Source: Ruditapes philippinarum
Lineage: Eukaryota
NCBI RefSeq assembly: GCF_026571515.1
Contig: NW_026855927.1
Coordinates: forward strand, 1-64,000
Length of the DNA: 64,000 nucleotides
Direction of reading: 5' to 3'
The notes under the pieces were generated by a model. It did no database searches. It had not been told where the DNA came from and saw only the letters and a program-made list of their open reading frames with translations. The position numbers and the translations under genes are program-made. Each line of letters opens with the position of its first letter. Position 1 is the first letter of the stretch. This document shows positions 22,594-38,400 of this stretch, piece by piece.

Positions 22594-25500
22594 CCGCGTC
22601 CCGAGATATTGATGGGGTCTTTACGACTACTTAAGTCGTTCTCAACCTGACCCTACGGCGTCCATCGCGACCTAGGAACACAGTTATGTCGCAAGTCCGG
22701 TGTGACGGGCATATAACGAAAATTATTTGAAGAATGTCTCCGCTTAGGACGATGAGCTTTCTTGAATGCGTTGCTGGAAGATTAAATCGACGTTTTCTCC
22801 ACGGGACTACAAACATCATGAAACAAATTTTAACCATTAATTTACTACAATAGAACGGGTTTAACCTTTGCTACCAGTTAAAAACCAGGCTGACTAGCAC
22901 ATTTGTACAGTCTGACCAGACTCTGTACTGCTTTTAGCTTATTTTTTTTCTATTTTGATATTGATACCCTTTAAACTTTAAATGGACTATTCAAAATTCA
23001 AAGCAAGGTTAATCCATTACACAAATCCAGCTAGTCAAAGGTTTCCTCCTTTCACTGTCAATGTGTCGTCTATCAGTTTTGGTTCGGGGTCTTGTGGGTG
23101 CCTTACTAGTGTGGCTGGATTGTGTTGGGGTTACATTCTGTGAACGTCGCCTTGCCTTGTTTATCTTTGTTCTCAAATTCTAACTGGCATGGTAACAATT
23201 ATTAAATAACTATTAAAATGCAGCGAAGATACGAAGTTACAGCGGAGTGACACATTAATCGGATTATTGACTTATTAAAAACATACATTTGTCAGTTTTT
23301 ATGTAATATAAATCCACTTGTTGGATGTGGTTGCCATTTAGAGTTTAGACATCAGAATTGCAGTTACCGTTTATCCCTTCGTGATTTTAAGAGGCGACTA
23401 AATGGGTTCGATTACTGGAGACTATGCATTTTTTAGCTCCTGCAGTTGAGGTAGTAATGACCCCTGGTGTTGCTTCAAATAAGTAACACCAGAGATTTCA
23501 ACTTTCCTGTTTCTTCGCAGTATGACCTAAATTGTTTTCATATGTCAAACCGAACAATGTAATATAAAGTCAATAATAATAATAAAGAGAGAGAAAAATG
23601 ATTTATATAGTTGCTATACAGTATTAAAAAGAACACTCCTCCGAAATCAATCTTTTTATATTAATGGACAGCATAATACAATGACATTGCACTTTATGGC
23701 TATTATACAGGCTACGAAACAAAAGCAATGAATTAATAATAATTAATAAATTGATTAATTAACAATGTGACAACAATAAAAGGAAAGTAAAGGTTAATAA
23801 ACTTTCATCAATCTTTGCCGAATCAACCATAAATGTTTTTGGGTGAGAGACAAATATGTTACATTTGTTTGCAATATATCATAATGTTAATATGTTATTT
23901 CATCAAAAACGATTTATATTAAATCGTTACTGAAAGTCTTCAGCTCTCTGTGACTTACTAAATGGGATGATTTCGTTGCGAAACTGATGTCCTCTTCTCC
24001 CTGCGTCTTTTCTCCGTTACATATTCACATAAATTTTTATACATTCGTACTTTCGTCCTCATCGTAACCCCTATATTTCTCAGCGCCTTACCATGGACTC
24101 GGTTGACGATTTCGTTGAACAAAGGCTCGTAATAAAACCTGGACCAATTTTCATCTCTCCATATCAAAACTGACGGATTTGAATAATTCAAATTGATCAA
24201 TAAAAGGCAATTCTGATGGCTTCAGACGGATAGTTCTATTTTTGTGTTTGTATTCATTAAGTATAAACTGTTGTTAATTTAATGTACTATACTGAAAATA
24301 TACATGTTCATCATTATGGTTAACTGCCATGTTATCTTATCGGTTGGATTTATGCTAGAATCGATAAGTCGGATATTATGATACTCTCTTTCAATACTTT
24401 TTTTTCTTTTTAAAGGTTTAGTCAGATGTATCTTTTTTTAATTATGCAAATATGTATTAAGTTCATATAAGAGAAATGTTTTCTCAAAACCAGTCTAAAT
24501 AAGAATGATTGTAATATTCACATTTTATCGTTAATTTACAACTGCATTTAAACTTCATTTCTGATGTATGATTAAGCCATTTTGTTTTTAAATGTCATTT
24601 GAACATTACATTAGTTACGTAATTTGATTTACTGATTTTATTAATGACTTAAGTTTATGGTTCATTTTCGGCATGAAATGGGACAATGATTGAAATACGT
24701 GTACTTACAGTGAAATAAATATGGTATAAGTACCTAATTTGCCTTTTTCATCGTTATGATAATATGCAATTTGTAAAACATTATAAAACTTTACACTCTA
24801 TCATGAAACAATCTCCAGAAAAGACAAGATAGTATCTAGTCCGATATCTTATCAGGTTTTCTTACATTTTTTTTCTTTTTCAATTGTTGATACATTTATT
24901 TTTGCTTGTGACATATAGTGACAAGATAAGTCAATAAACCTAAATGATAAATTATGTAGTTATTTTTGTTTCTTTTCTAATAAAAGAAAAGAAAGACACC
25001 AGCTGTGTTGAACATAAAAAGATAAATGTAGACATCTGCGTCTAAATCAAAAAGCTACAGTGTACAATATCAATTCATTTTATTTTCGTATCTAAAAAAT
25101 AAGTTTATAGCTATGCCATTATCTTTATTTTTCAGAAATATCCTATTTTCCAATATAAATTGTATAAAATTAAATAAACTATAAGACAGACCATGTGTAT
25201 ATATTGTATTTGATCAGCCCTTCGACTTTTTCGAAATGTTGTGTCGAATATTAATGTTGAAAAGGATGTTGTGGTAACATTCAATTACAACAAAAGAATC
25301 AATTACAATTTTTTTTCATAGAAAAGTGTACACTGTTTGAAAATGATTTCAAAGCATCTTTCTTTTTTCAAAACATTAAAGTTCAAATGACAGACTGAAG
25401 CTATAATGAAGATCACTCAATGTATACCGATAGGCTTTAAAAGCATTGGTCACGTCACACATACTGTTTATAGAAGGCGAAACAGACCAAGGCTGAAACG

Positions 25501-28493
25501 TCTAGGAGGTGAAACGTCCATTTCGCGCCAAGCTTACACGGCTCATGTTATGTTATATAGAATAAAAATATGTAAAAGTTTCAACTAAAGGCACTTAATA
25601 GCACATGCTTTCAAAAGGGAGCTCTTTTTTGGATTGGCATTTCATGACGTTCGTTCTTAAAACCAAAAAGCGTTCTTAAATTGTAACATTATTAGGTTTT
25701 TTTCCTTTGTTTTTGTTGGGAGGGGGTTATGCAATATAGATTCACATCGTGACATATTTTGTAAAGATTACACGAACAAGGTGCAATATAAATATTATGT
25801 TTTATTCAATTATTTACAAATTGAAACACGTAGTTTTTTGCTTTCCTTTAGACAATAATGAATCAGCACCTTAGATGTCGAACATTTAAACATATCCTTC
25901 GTCTCTATGAAACGGCTTAAAGCATTTTGTCTTTCTTCTAGATTGTTGATAAATTATATTGTATAGAATACATGTAGCTTATAAATTAATAATTTATCCT
26001 GAGAAACTGATATAACCCAATTCCTTCAGGAGTAACAAAATCCTTTTTATAACTTAATGCAGTCGAGAAAACATCCCCTTTACTTTAAACATACTTTATG
26101 ACCACACACATTACATACTCACTGTAAGTTAAGTATACATGTTATCATCATCTCCAATCATATGCCAAATAATACCAATCTGTTTCCTATTTTATAGCTT
26201 TACATTATTTTGATTAACTTAACGAGCTTGTAGAGTAGTGAATAAATATCCGAGTCATGTCAAAGGAAATGTCAAATTGTTGATTCAGTCAAGAATTTTG
26301 ATATTTATGTAAAGAAATGATTGGGGGCAAAGTTTTCGGAATCATGCAAACCTACTTAAGGAGACAAATACCATTGAATGTTATTGTAAATTTAAGTTTA
26401 TCTCTAGATTATATCGCAATATCACCATCGATCTTATTTTGAAGTGCTCCCTTTCTTAACTATTAAATAAATACTATCTTGAATATACATGTATGTCTTT
26501 TATTCATTTTCTTTGATTTACTGTAAGAGTCAAAAAGAGTGAATATGCTTATTAATGACGGTTATATCTGCGACCTTAAATATAATCCAGTGCTCCTTCG
26601 AAATGAGCATTTACATTTGAACTAACTAATTGATTTAAGGTTTGAAACGTAAAACAACCTAGTCTAAAAATGTTCACAACTATCGTTTATTTATCTGATC
26701 AGATTGATTTCCCTGATACACATTCTAAAAATAAAAACATATTAAAATTAAAAGATGATTGACGCATCTAAATGATAACACGGCTAACAAAATGGTCGAA
26801 AATAAAAAGTGGACACGCATTCTAAGCATTGTTAAATAAAAATTTAAAATGTGAATATACAATATCATTTAGGTCCATTTATTGTACTCTCTCTCATGTG
26901 AGCCATTTGATAACGTTCAAGATTGCTTTTTTACCAATTATTTTAGTCCTTTTGTCCTTTAGAAATCTTCAACACCTTTCACGCACAAATCATGATCGGA
27001 AATTATCATTGCTCAATTAAGGTTATTGCCTCTAGTATCGAGGTTGTCAATAATTTACACACATCTTCACAGACTTTAAAACGCCTTGAGATCTCTTATT
27101 TCCTCTTTTCTTCCGAAAGTTAATTAACTACATTGCATATCAATGCCTGTAAAAAAATCTTCAGTAAAAACTGACTACAGTTAAACACGGTATCGCCATT
27201 TTCCTGTTATAACAGTTCTATATACAAGTTGTGTTATGACAATTAATAAGTAAGAATTTGAAAGTCTAGAAACGTTGTTCATTGTTTAAAGATACATACC
27301 CCCAGATGAACCAAAATATTTCAAGAAAATCAAACTTGAAAAAAAAAATGTTTAAAATTTTTAAGAAAAGTAAAGAGATTGAAGATTCAATTAATGATTC
27401 ACATGTGGTGTGGGATTTATGACTGATTTTGCATTAAGAATCACTAAAATTCTACTGCGTTACTAACTAAGGGCTAATTTGACAACATTTTTGGTAATTT
27501 AGGTGGATGGTAAGTGCTGTTTATAATGTGTAAATTATTTCCTTTGTTCACTTCCCAATATTTTACTTTTAAATACATTTTTAAAATTTTCATGAAAATT
27601 AGCAAGAATCTTGTGGCATGCTGCTTTAAGATGCAAGAGATATCAGAAACGTCATTAACCCCTTTTTCTTTATCTTTGCGATCCGAGTATTGATAATCAG
27701 TTGTCTTTGATATAAAATAGGTTTGATATCGTTTATGGATCGACAATGTCTATAAATCATTTTCTTAAAAGAAACACATATTGTCTGGTCAGGGGAACAG
27801 ACGAGTTTGTAATGAAAACATAACTATTCGATACGTGGATATTGCTTCGTTTCAAATTCATATCACTTGCAGAAATTGGAAATTATTAGTTGTTTATCCT
27901 AAAAGCCGGTAAAATGGACCGGCCAAAGAGAAATGACCAAATAATGTGTAAAAGTCAGCGTGAAACAAAACAAAAACAAGAAAAATGTAGACAAATCAAA
28001 GATTAAACACAACGTTCACGTAATGTAACTCTGACAAGAAGTAATAAGGAGAGGCCACAGGGTAGGCACCCAAGGGGAACATTATATCTTTGTTATTCAT
28101 GAATAAATAGTTTTCTCTAAGTCTAGTCCGTCCAAATTAATGACGAATGTTCGTCTTGTTTTAACTGCACCTTATTAATTTTGCAAACGTTCCATTAGCT
28201 ATCTAAAGTACTGACAATAAAGTATCGAAATTATCTCTCAATGAACTTTATCTTGAAGGTCAAACCTTTTAAGTCTATTTATGTTAGCAAAAGACATTGC
28301 ATCAAAAACATATACATATATAGAACTCATTTGAAAAATTACAGCAAATTTAATAGTACCGAACGAACCTTCTTAATAAATGAGGATTCTACTTAACTTT
28401 TACTACACAACGTTATCAATGATTTGCAAACTACATGACATGACATCATTTTCATTCAGTAAGTATTGGAAAATATCTAGTTTATAAAGCATA

Positions 28494-28703
28494 AGTGGTC
28501 GAGGGTTGAGAGTCGATGACTTCTAATCCAGTTACCTCTCTGGCGTGGGTTCGATCCCCGGGAGATGCTTTGGTAGCTTAGCGCGGAAGAAGGTAGTCTA
28601 GTACTGGTGTGACTCTCGAGGAACGATGATTAGGAAACTACCCTCCTATATGACTGAAATACTGTTGTGAAAAGGCGTAAAAATGAAACAAACAAACAAA
28701 CAA
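28494..28703 (+). mobile_element. tRNA-derived SINE with 10-bp TSD
   Basis: A-box-like GTGGTCGAGGG, B-box GGTTCGATCCC and (AAAC)n tail. TSD ATAAAGCATA at 28484-28493 and 28704-28713. The paralogous site near 43430 is empty. Confidence 0.85.
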
Positions 28704-31700
28704 ATAAAGCATACCGTTTAAAGCCGCTTTTTAAGGAAGGGAATTGCACTTATATGTCACATTTAATATTCCATGATAACTGTCATTTGAATATATCTGC
28801 GGATGTTTATTTTTTCCCCGTTTCACCATAACATGTTAAAAGTTGAATCTTACTGAATCCCGTATTAGGGGGAGTTGACGGTTAGTTGCACTCAGCAGTG
28901 CCTCAATCAAACCGAGCCTGCAATAGTTTCAATTTTGCGTTTTTTGTTGCTATCTGCTACAAGGAATTTGCAGCCTTTAACTGCTCCGAAGAATATAAGG
29001 CCACATTGTGATTGTATCCATTAGTTCTTTCTTATATCAATGAAATGAATGAATGAATTAATTTTGTTGATCTAATGATTTGGTCATAACGATCGAAATG
29101 GACAAAATCACGTCTTCAACTTCATATACTTGTTTCCTCTGGAAAGATCTGCAACTGTTAATTAAATGCATTTTAAATTTAACCTTAAGGGTAATGTTTG
29201 TTTAATTGTAAAATTCTCGTGTTCATTTTGTGATATAATGTATCATAAACAATTAATTTAACGAATGTTGAAATTGAAATGACGGATGTAAGATAAAACT
29301 ATTTAGAATAGAAATATTTGAAAGTCACACTTAAATGCTTTTAAAAGTGTATGTTTTTGAAAGGAAAAACTGTTTTATGATTAGCATTATATCACATTTA
29401 TTCTGGTATTTCATCGGATGCGTTCAAATCCAAAAAGCCTTAAAATTATTTTGTATCTTCTTTTTTAATTAAGATTGAAAACGCTGTAAAGATTATAAGA
29501 ATAATGAATTATAAATTTTACATTTTATCAAATTATCAACAAATTAAAACACGTACTTATTTGTTTGGCTTTCGCCAATAATTATTTTACATCTAAGATG
29601 TCAAAATTGAAAACCATCTTTTGCTTCTACATGCATGAAACGGCTTGAAGCATTTTGTCTTCCTTCCAGAAAATTGATTTAATTACAATGTAAAGCATAG
29701 CTTGTGGAAATATTTCATCATTTAATCGAAATTTACTGACTTTAACTCAATTATGGTATCACTAAAATACACTTTTTGACAAACAAACTTAATCGGAAAA
29801 ACAAGGCCTTTTGTTTAAACATATTCTTTTTCAAACATATGCACAAATAAACACATATTATATACAATGATTAATTTACAATGATGAAAAAGGATCATAC
29901 AATTCTTGTTCTAGTATTTTCCGAGCATATAATTCATTACTGTAAATCAAGCGGATTCTTTCATAGATATATTCCTAGTTTCGAAAATAGAAAATTTTTA
30001 ATACATGTCCAAACGAAAAGCTCTTTACAATAGGTCGGAAAGGATAATGAGTTAATTTTAAACCATTTTCTTTGCTAAAAAGTACTTATTGATATAATGT
30101 GTTTTGCTGTTTTCAAATGGATAATGTTATGATCACACGTTATCAAAGCCTTTATTCATACAAATTAATGTCATCATCGTATCCAATCATATTCCAAATA
30201 ACATCAATCTATTTCCTATTTTTAGATTTACATTATTGTGATTAAGTTAATGAGCTTGTAGAATAGTGAATGAATATCCGAGTCATGTCATAGGAAATGT
30301 CAAAATATTGATTCAGTCAAGAAAAATCATATACAGTTACAAGAATGACTGGGGGAAAAGTGTTTAGAATTATGCAAACATACTTTAGTAGACATGGTTC
30401 AAAAGCTTTTGAATGTACTTGGTAATTAATTTTTTATCTGTAGATTACATTATCTTTCATTTTATTTTGAAGTTCCACAGTAAACCATATGATCAATACA
30501 TTGATCATTGACATTAGTCTTTTATTCATTATCTTGGAATAACCTGCGAGTGTAGTCAGTTTTTTTATTCACTTTTTACTAATTTAAAAGAGTGATTATG
30601 CTACTAAATGACAGCTACATCTGTCACCTGAAATTTAAGCCGACGTTTAATTCTGAATGAACAAGAAATCAGCTCCGTTCATAAAGCTTTGATCGCCTTT
30701 TTTATATTCTAACAGTCACATCAACACTTGCAATAAAGTACAGAATTCTAACGTTTTGTTCTTCTTAACGAGAAAAATGAGCCTAAGTTCGCGGTTTCTT
30801 TAAACATATACCTCGTTTAAGAATTTTATTGAACTAATTTTTGATAATCGTTTTTTAATAAATTGTTTTTTCAAAGTTATTATCGAATTTTGAAATATTA
30901 TTGTCATAAAACAAAACATTTACACCTGACAACTTGATTGCACTTTGTGATAGTAAATATATTTTAACATCACTGTTTAAAGTTACATGAGATTATATGA
31001 CATCAGGAAAAAATGCGTGAACTATCATCTGGTTTATTTGATATCTCTTGAACGTACCATGTTTTTTACTGAAATGTTAATAATGATTTATGAAACCTGG
31101 CAGATGTTTGTGCCGTCAAGAGGAAGATTATTATTATAACAAATGTATTTGTCTCATGTTTTTGTATCATATGTATGCAAACTGGGATATATATTGAATA
31201 AACTTAAAATTTGAAACTTGATTAAGTGCATGTACTTATACATTTTGTAAACGTTTCATGTTATCATTCTCGAATAACGAGAATCATGAGTATATTTGAA
31301 GTCTATTGCTGATTTGATAGCGCATTTTATGACTCAACAAAAGAATTTATTGATTCTAGATTTGAAACATAGATGCTTTAAAGTGTTCATAAATTACGTA
31401 ATCTTTATCCTCCGAGATAACATAAATACCACGTCACTGATACACGTTCTAATAATAAATACAAATAAGATTTGGAAGATAAGATAAGATTTGTTATACA
31501 TATCACTAGTACATGTACTATCTTATATATGTCGGAATGTTTCCATGGTCTTTTCGATATACAAATTGGTTAGCACCTGCTCTTATTATTATAAAAATCA
31601 AGAAAAAAAGAGAAGAGTTGAAACTGAAAAAAGTTTGTTTTGCTATATTTGGTATATTGCTATAAGACCATGTGGAAATGGGTGAGCGGATCGTTAAAAC

Positions 31701-34700
31701 AAAATCATAAATTATTTTGTCGCAAAACATCTGTGTAACAGAATACGTATACACATTTAAGCACGCTAAATTATTATAAGATTTCTAATTATACATGTAT
31801 CAGACAATTACACATCATTTCTGATAAAATCATTGCCAAAAACAAATGATTTAGTCATAAAATGTACATAAAAGATGAATCTTAACGAAGTGATAAATTA
31901 AGCTTCCCTTTCTTTAAAAGATTAGCAACGGCTGCGAAGAAAAGAATCCCGATCGGAAATTATCGTTGCTCAATTAAGTTTATTGCCTCTAGCATCGAGT
32001 TTGTCAAACATTAAAACACACCTTTTTAGAATATAAAACGCCTTGAGATTTCTTATCGTGTCTTCTCTTTCGAAAGTAAATTAACTGCATAGCAATGCTT
32101 GTGAAAATTCTTCATTAATTGTATCAGTTTTCTTGTTATAACAGCTTCACAAATTTGTTTAGTTTGAACATTAAAATTGTATGAGTATTATTATGACACT
32201 CGATTCTTTTAGACTTAAATAAAGATATGTGAGTATTAGGGTCTTGACAATTTTTGAAGGGAAAAAATCGAAAATTTGCCATTAAAATTTCAGTAAGATG
32301 TGAAATAATTGAAGAGATTAAAATCAAAAGCCTTTGAACCTTAACACGCTTAATATTTGTAATTTAAATCTTGACAATATCATTCATTATTTTAGGGCAA
32401 ATTTCAAAAGGAGTACGTTTGGTATTAAAAACAGTGTAGTCCATCATCAGACGGGCAGGAATCTGCCGTTCGATCTTCGTTTGCACTGGCTGCATAACAT
32501 TTACATCTTCTGTTTAGCAGTTAAATAATGGAATAATCGGAAAAATGCGTTTATTTAACGAGACATATCAGAAAGGACAGACAAATTGTTAAATCTTTTC
32601 AGATAATAAAATGCGTTATTGTTCCATAATATGCAATTACACATATTCAAGTATCGACTTCTTCTTATGGTCAGTTGTCTGACACGGTTGTTTCAGAAAT
32701 CATGTTAGGTAAGTAGTCCATCTCTTGCGGAGAAATTACTGGCTAGATTAGTTATCAAGTTAAGCCGGTTGTTGGTCCGACCGCCGAGACATGACCAAAC
32801 ATGTGTTAAAATCAGTGTAAATAAACCTTGTAAGAAATGTACAAAAAGGTCTAAAGATCAACGAAGAAAAACATCAGCGTTGACAAGTAGCAATCGCTAA
32901 GGACCACAGGGAAAGCACCAAGGCGGGAAATTGTATCTTTTTTATTCATGAACATTATTCTTTAAGTCTAGTCCGAACAAATTATTGACGTATGCGTCTA
33001 ATTTGGCGGCACCTTATTAATTTTGCAAAGGGTCCATTAGCTATCTAAAGTAAATTAAAAGGTCGATTAAACAACAATCATGTGAATACGTTCATTTTAC
33101 CACAGACAAAAGCAGCTATGTCTTATTTAGACAAAGTATGTGGTGGAGGTGGTTAAGAATCGTATCTTTCTTATTTTTCCTTAGTACGAATCATATTCAT
33201 TTCTTGTTGTAAACGCAGAGATCAATATTCTGATTCAAGTATAACGGTTTATTCATGTAAAAATCATATCAAAAGAACATATTAACTACCTGTGACATTT
33301 TCTTGAACTCCAGCGAAACTCATCAATAACAGTTTATATTTCATGATTTTAGCATGGCTTACATGGAGAAACACATTTCCGACCTATTTAGTCTGTAAAT
33401 GTCATGTAAGTGGAAGTAAATGGAAATAAACATAGGGAATTAAAGAACCTAATATATTTCTGAAAACAAGCCGAAAGCAACTAATAATTTCTTTTTTTCT
33501 GGAATTTTCTGTGTGACAAATAATAACAAACTCTTTAATTAATTAATTAATTAATTTATTTATTTATTCATTATTATTAAAATAATAATAAGACTTATTA
33601 TAATAATCATTACATTTAATTTTACAATCATTTGCGCAAACAAAGTGATCCCTCGGAAGCATTAATCACAACAAAATTACAAGAGAATTGCAGACTCGGT
33701 TTAATTGAGTCTGTTCATGAGGGATAATGAATACGTGCAACATCCCTCAGTCTATTTAGAACATGATTTTACTTTGAGCTGTGCTTGTCGTAATAAGCTT
33801 TTATCAATTTAATAGATAATAAAGTATTTTGAAGTAGATTGTATTTGATGTATCATATATTTAAAACATTTGTTTCATTAAGAGAACATTTGATGGAATT
33901 AATTCATTTTTATAACCCTTTAGAAATATTGACGCATAATTGTATATAGCTCTTTAGAAACAGAATAATAAGTTCATCTAAAATATTCACTCTGTATTGA
34001 TTTCAAATGTCTACCAATTTAAATGTGAAACTCAAACCGCTATGATTGTTTCAAAGTTTAATTTCTTTATTGCAGATCTGTTTGTCTATATTCATTCATC
34101 AAAAACATTTAAAGTCTAAATCAGAATAACTTAAATTAGAAGGTTATATTTAAACATAAAGTGATTCACTTTAACTACTACACACTGTTCCTTGCTATTT
34201 ACGGGACTAAAACATTAATTCCAATAACAAAAAGCCATGTCAAATAACGAAAAGCCACGTCATCATTCATCTACTTCTAACATGGTCTGACCCAGAAACC
34301 ATTAACAGCTGGCTATTTAATTAAGACATCACGTATTTTAGAGCCTGTGTATATTCTACAGTATTTAAAAGTTTATTTTCGATTAACTGTACATAAACAA
34401 GCAAAAAACATATCTGACAAAAAAAGAAAGAAAACTGGATTAGAAATCAAGTAAGAATAATTTTATTAGGATGAATATTTAACAAATTGATATTCAAAAT
34501 GTGTCCTATTTTCATCTCTTTAGTTGAATGTACTGTAAAAGTTTTTTTTATATAAATTTATAACTATAGTTTAACAAATTAAACATTTAAATATCAATAC
34601 TGGGAAGTGGACTTCTTGCTTTATTTAAGAATTCAAAATAGGTTCATGAACATAGGAGATTTCTTGAGTAGTGAAAGGAAAAACTCATTTTAATTGATTC

Positions 34701-35489
34701 TTGATTTCACTTGTTTTTGTGACATATACGTGCCTAACCATATTTTAGCGAACATTGTCCATTGATATTAGGGTAATTTTACAATAATTTCCAATAATAG
34801 CGATCTGTGTTACATTACACTATTTATACTAGTTTAGCTTTGTAATTTGCAACACAAAAGATTCCATATTCAAATTACATTTGACATATTCCCTATTGTC
34901 CCATTACCACTTCTTCAGTTTTAATTTTAAGCAGTTAAGCTTTATACGGGTTAGACTTTCAATTGTTTTTGCATACGAGTATTGAAAAATATCTCGTAAT
35001 GAGTAGAAACAAATATAGTGTGATATTTTCTCATTGAATAGTTATCGCTAGGTATTTCTGTTAACCAATATCCATCTAAAACAGAAAGAAGTCTTGTATC
35101 AGTATAGAAAAGAAATCGAAAGCAATTTGATAATGAAAACGGGGCTGCAGTCTGAAACTTAAACTTTTATAGTGCATTTTTTATACAAAAAAACATACAC
35201 TCATAAACCATAGCTTTGTCAAGGATGATTTTTGTTCATCATGAGCTTAAATAAAGCAAAGTAGTTCTGCCGTCTAAAGTATTTGCATCTATTAAATTAA
35301 ATTCTATTCTATTATCTAATTAATTTTTCAAGTTCCAAATAACTTTCATGAATTGTTTTCTTAAACAAAAACACATCTTCTGACCTTTATAATTATCACT
35401 TAGTTTAATACAAAACGATCAATTATAGTAGATTATAACGAATTAAATAAGACTGTCCTGTTTCTTTAATACAAAGAGACCTAATATGA

Positions 35490-38400
35490 TAAGAAATTGG
35501 TTTATTATAGTCACATTGTACATTTACAAGTTATTTTCAACAATTTATACATACAATTTATAGGTACCCGGCCCAGTGGGCCTATAAGTGACTTTAACAT
35601 TAATTCAAAATATATAAGACATTGGTTAATTGATACATATATATAACGAGAAAGAAAAGTGGAATAATGTATACTACATTTTGCAACAACAAATTAGAGG
35701 ATTGATGTATACAGTTCAATCAGTAAGTTATGAGTGGCAGCTGGCAACATGATAATGATAATGATTTACCAATACATTTAAAAATGTCTCAAGAATAAAG
35801 AATACCTCTTCTGCGGAGGTATGCTTGTAGAATAAATTTTGAACATTTTCTAGCGTGGTCATTAATAATGACGTTAAGTTTTTTGCTCATCAGATAGTAC
35901 GTTATAGGCATCAGGTGTGATTATGTCAGTTAAAAGAGTTTGTCTGATGTCATCATACAAATTGCAATATAATATGAAATGCCTCTCATCTTCAACAACA
36001 TTGGTTTGACACAATTTACATATCCTTTGTTCAACTGGTTCACCTATATAACGTCCCGTTTCAACTCTAAGAGGGAGAATGCCAGTTCTTAGTTGGGATA
36101 ACATCGACCGTTCGAATTTCTTTCAGGTTTAGGTTTAAATAATCTTCACACCCAAAGTTAAATTTTAACTGTCTGTATGTCCGTAGCTTTGATATATTTT
36201 GGATTTCATTTTGCCACTTTGTACTGTACATATTTACCGTCAATTCTGTCACAACTTTTAAATCGATTGCACGTTTTGATTCAAAATTATCTCTTAGACC
36301 TAACTGATTACATATATGTTCTACGTCGCTTGACCAGTTGTTATTCTTTAGGTTGAAGTCATGAATAAACACTTTTTTTGTTAACCTGGAATCACTCATA
36401 CTGATAAGTCTATTCCAGTAACGGATTATACATATCCACCGGTGATAACTGGTTGGTAGCCACCCAGTATCGCCGTATAGGGCGAGTATCGGTGTGAAGC
36501 GGTGAACTCCTAGAAAGTACCCTAGCGCACGGTTTTGCACATTATCAATAGCCTGGTATTGTTTTGCGCCCCAAACGGATGCACCGTATTCCAAAATTGG
36601 GACGACACAAGAAGTGTACAATTTTTCAAATGTTCTGAAACGAAGGTCTTTAAGATTATGAATTTTACTTATTAATCCACCAAGAGCTCTACCTGCACCT
36701 TTCGCTAATGCTTCACTATTTTGCCGGTAATCATTCTTATCATTGAATATTACACCCAAGTATTTGTATGAGTCAACAAGTTCAAGTATATTGTCACCAA
36801 TTTTGAATTCAAAGTTTGTTTTCTGTGCCCTACCCCTTCTGAAATGCATACATTTTGATTTCGAGGTATTAATTAAAACCCTCCAGCGTTTACACCAATT
36901 GTGTAATGTGTTTAGCATGGTCTGAAGCTTCTCCTCGGAGTCCGCAAGCAACACAATATCATCTGCGTACATCAAAATGGAAACATATGTGTCACCTACT
37001 TTAATGCCTATATTCAGATCGTTTATTTCTTTTACTAAGTCATTAGCAAAAATTGCAAATAATGTAGGCGAGAGTGGACAGCCTTGTTTTACACCTGTTT
37101 CACATTGAAACCAGTCGGTAAGTTTATTATTGATCCGAATGCATGATAATGAGTTTGCATATATATTCCGTATTGAGTTATACACCTTTCCGTCAATTTT
37201 GTGCAGCAATAGTTTGTAAAGTAGCATTTCTCGGTCAATAAAGTCAAAGCATTTTTTTAGATCAATGAAGGAGGAAAACACCTTTGGGTTATTTTGTATT
37301 ATACTATGTAACGTAAAAATGTGGTCTTCACAGGAACGGTTTGACCGAAAGCCATTCTGTTCGTCTGCAAGCAATTGGTTATCGTCTAAATACTTAGTCA
37401 CTCTTTTATTAACAAACGAGGTGTATAGCTTACTAATACATTTTCGCTTGCACAACTATATTTGAAATTTCAGTCATTGTAATATTTCCGTTTAGCTGGT
37501 TATTGCTTTCATATAATGGGTCGTGCATGTTCATTTCAAGTCATTGTTTATGTAATTTTGCTCGGTCATAATGCACGTCATCAAAATCACTATTTTCACA
37601 TCGGTTATACAGGTTTTTGAAGTCTATTCGCCATTTTTCTAAAACCCGCCTCTCTTCACTTATAACACTGTCATTTTCAATAATTTCAACTGGTATTGTT
37701 TTATTGGTTCTGGGCCCAAGGCTTTTGATTTTACGCCAGAATTCTGTTGAGTTCGATATTGATATCTCCTCCAACTCAACTGCTTGCAGCTGTCGATATA
37801 CCCTTTCCGTTTGCCGCAATAGTTTATCAAACTTATTTCGCGCTTCGATGTAAAGACTGCGTAAATAACGTTTTTGTTGATTATTGCCGAAATATTTCAA
37901 AAACTGTCTCTCTTTGGCGCGCATTTCGTTCCAACAGTTTTGCAAATCATCGTTCTAGTATGGTTTATCTTGCTTTCGGCGTTTTCGTGTTTTATTTGTA
38001 CTATTGTACATTGGGACAACCCTAATCATTTCGTCCATGATTGTGTCACACAATTTATCATATACAGTGTCAATGTCGCTTTGATTTTCCCGTGAAAATT
38101 CAATTTCTGATATTAAATTATCGATAGCTGTTCTAGCCCGGTCATTATCCATAAAATCTGAGGGTATTTTGCGTAATTTAAAACGCCTTTCGTGGGCATT
38201 TGTGCTTAAAGGGTCTGATAGGCTAGCATGCACGTAACCGTGACAGTCAAATTCCATAAAAATGGCCGAATGGTCAGGTAGCCTAGAGCGTTCGCCAAGT
38301 AACCTATATAGTAGATTTTGATCGCAGATCTCTTGCATTGTTGTAACGCGAAAATTGGTACATTTTGTAAGAATGTCTTGCGGTACAAACCAGTAATCTA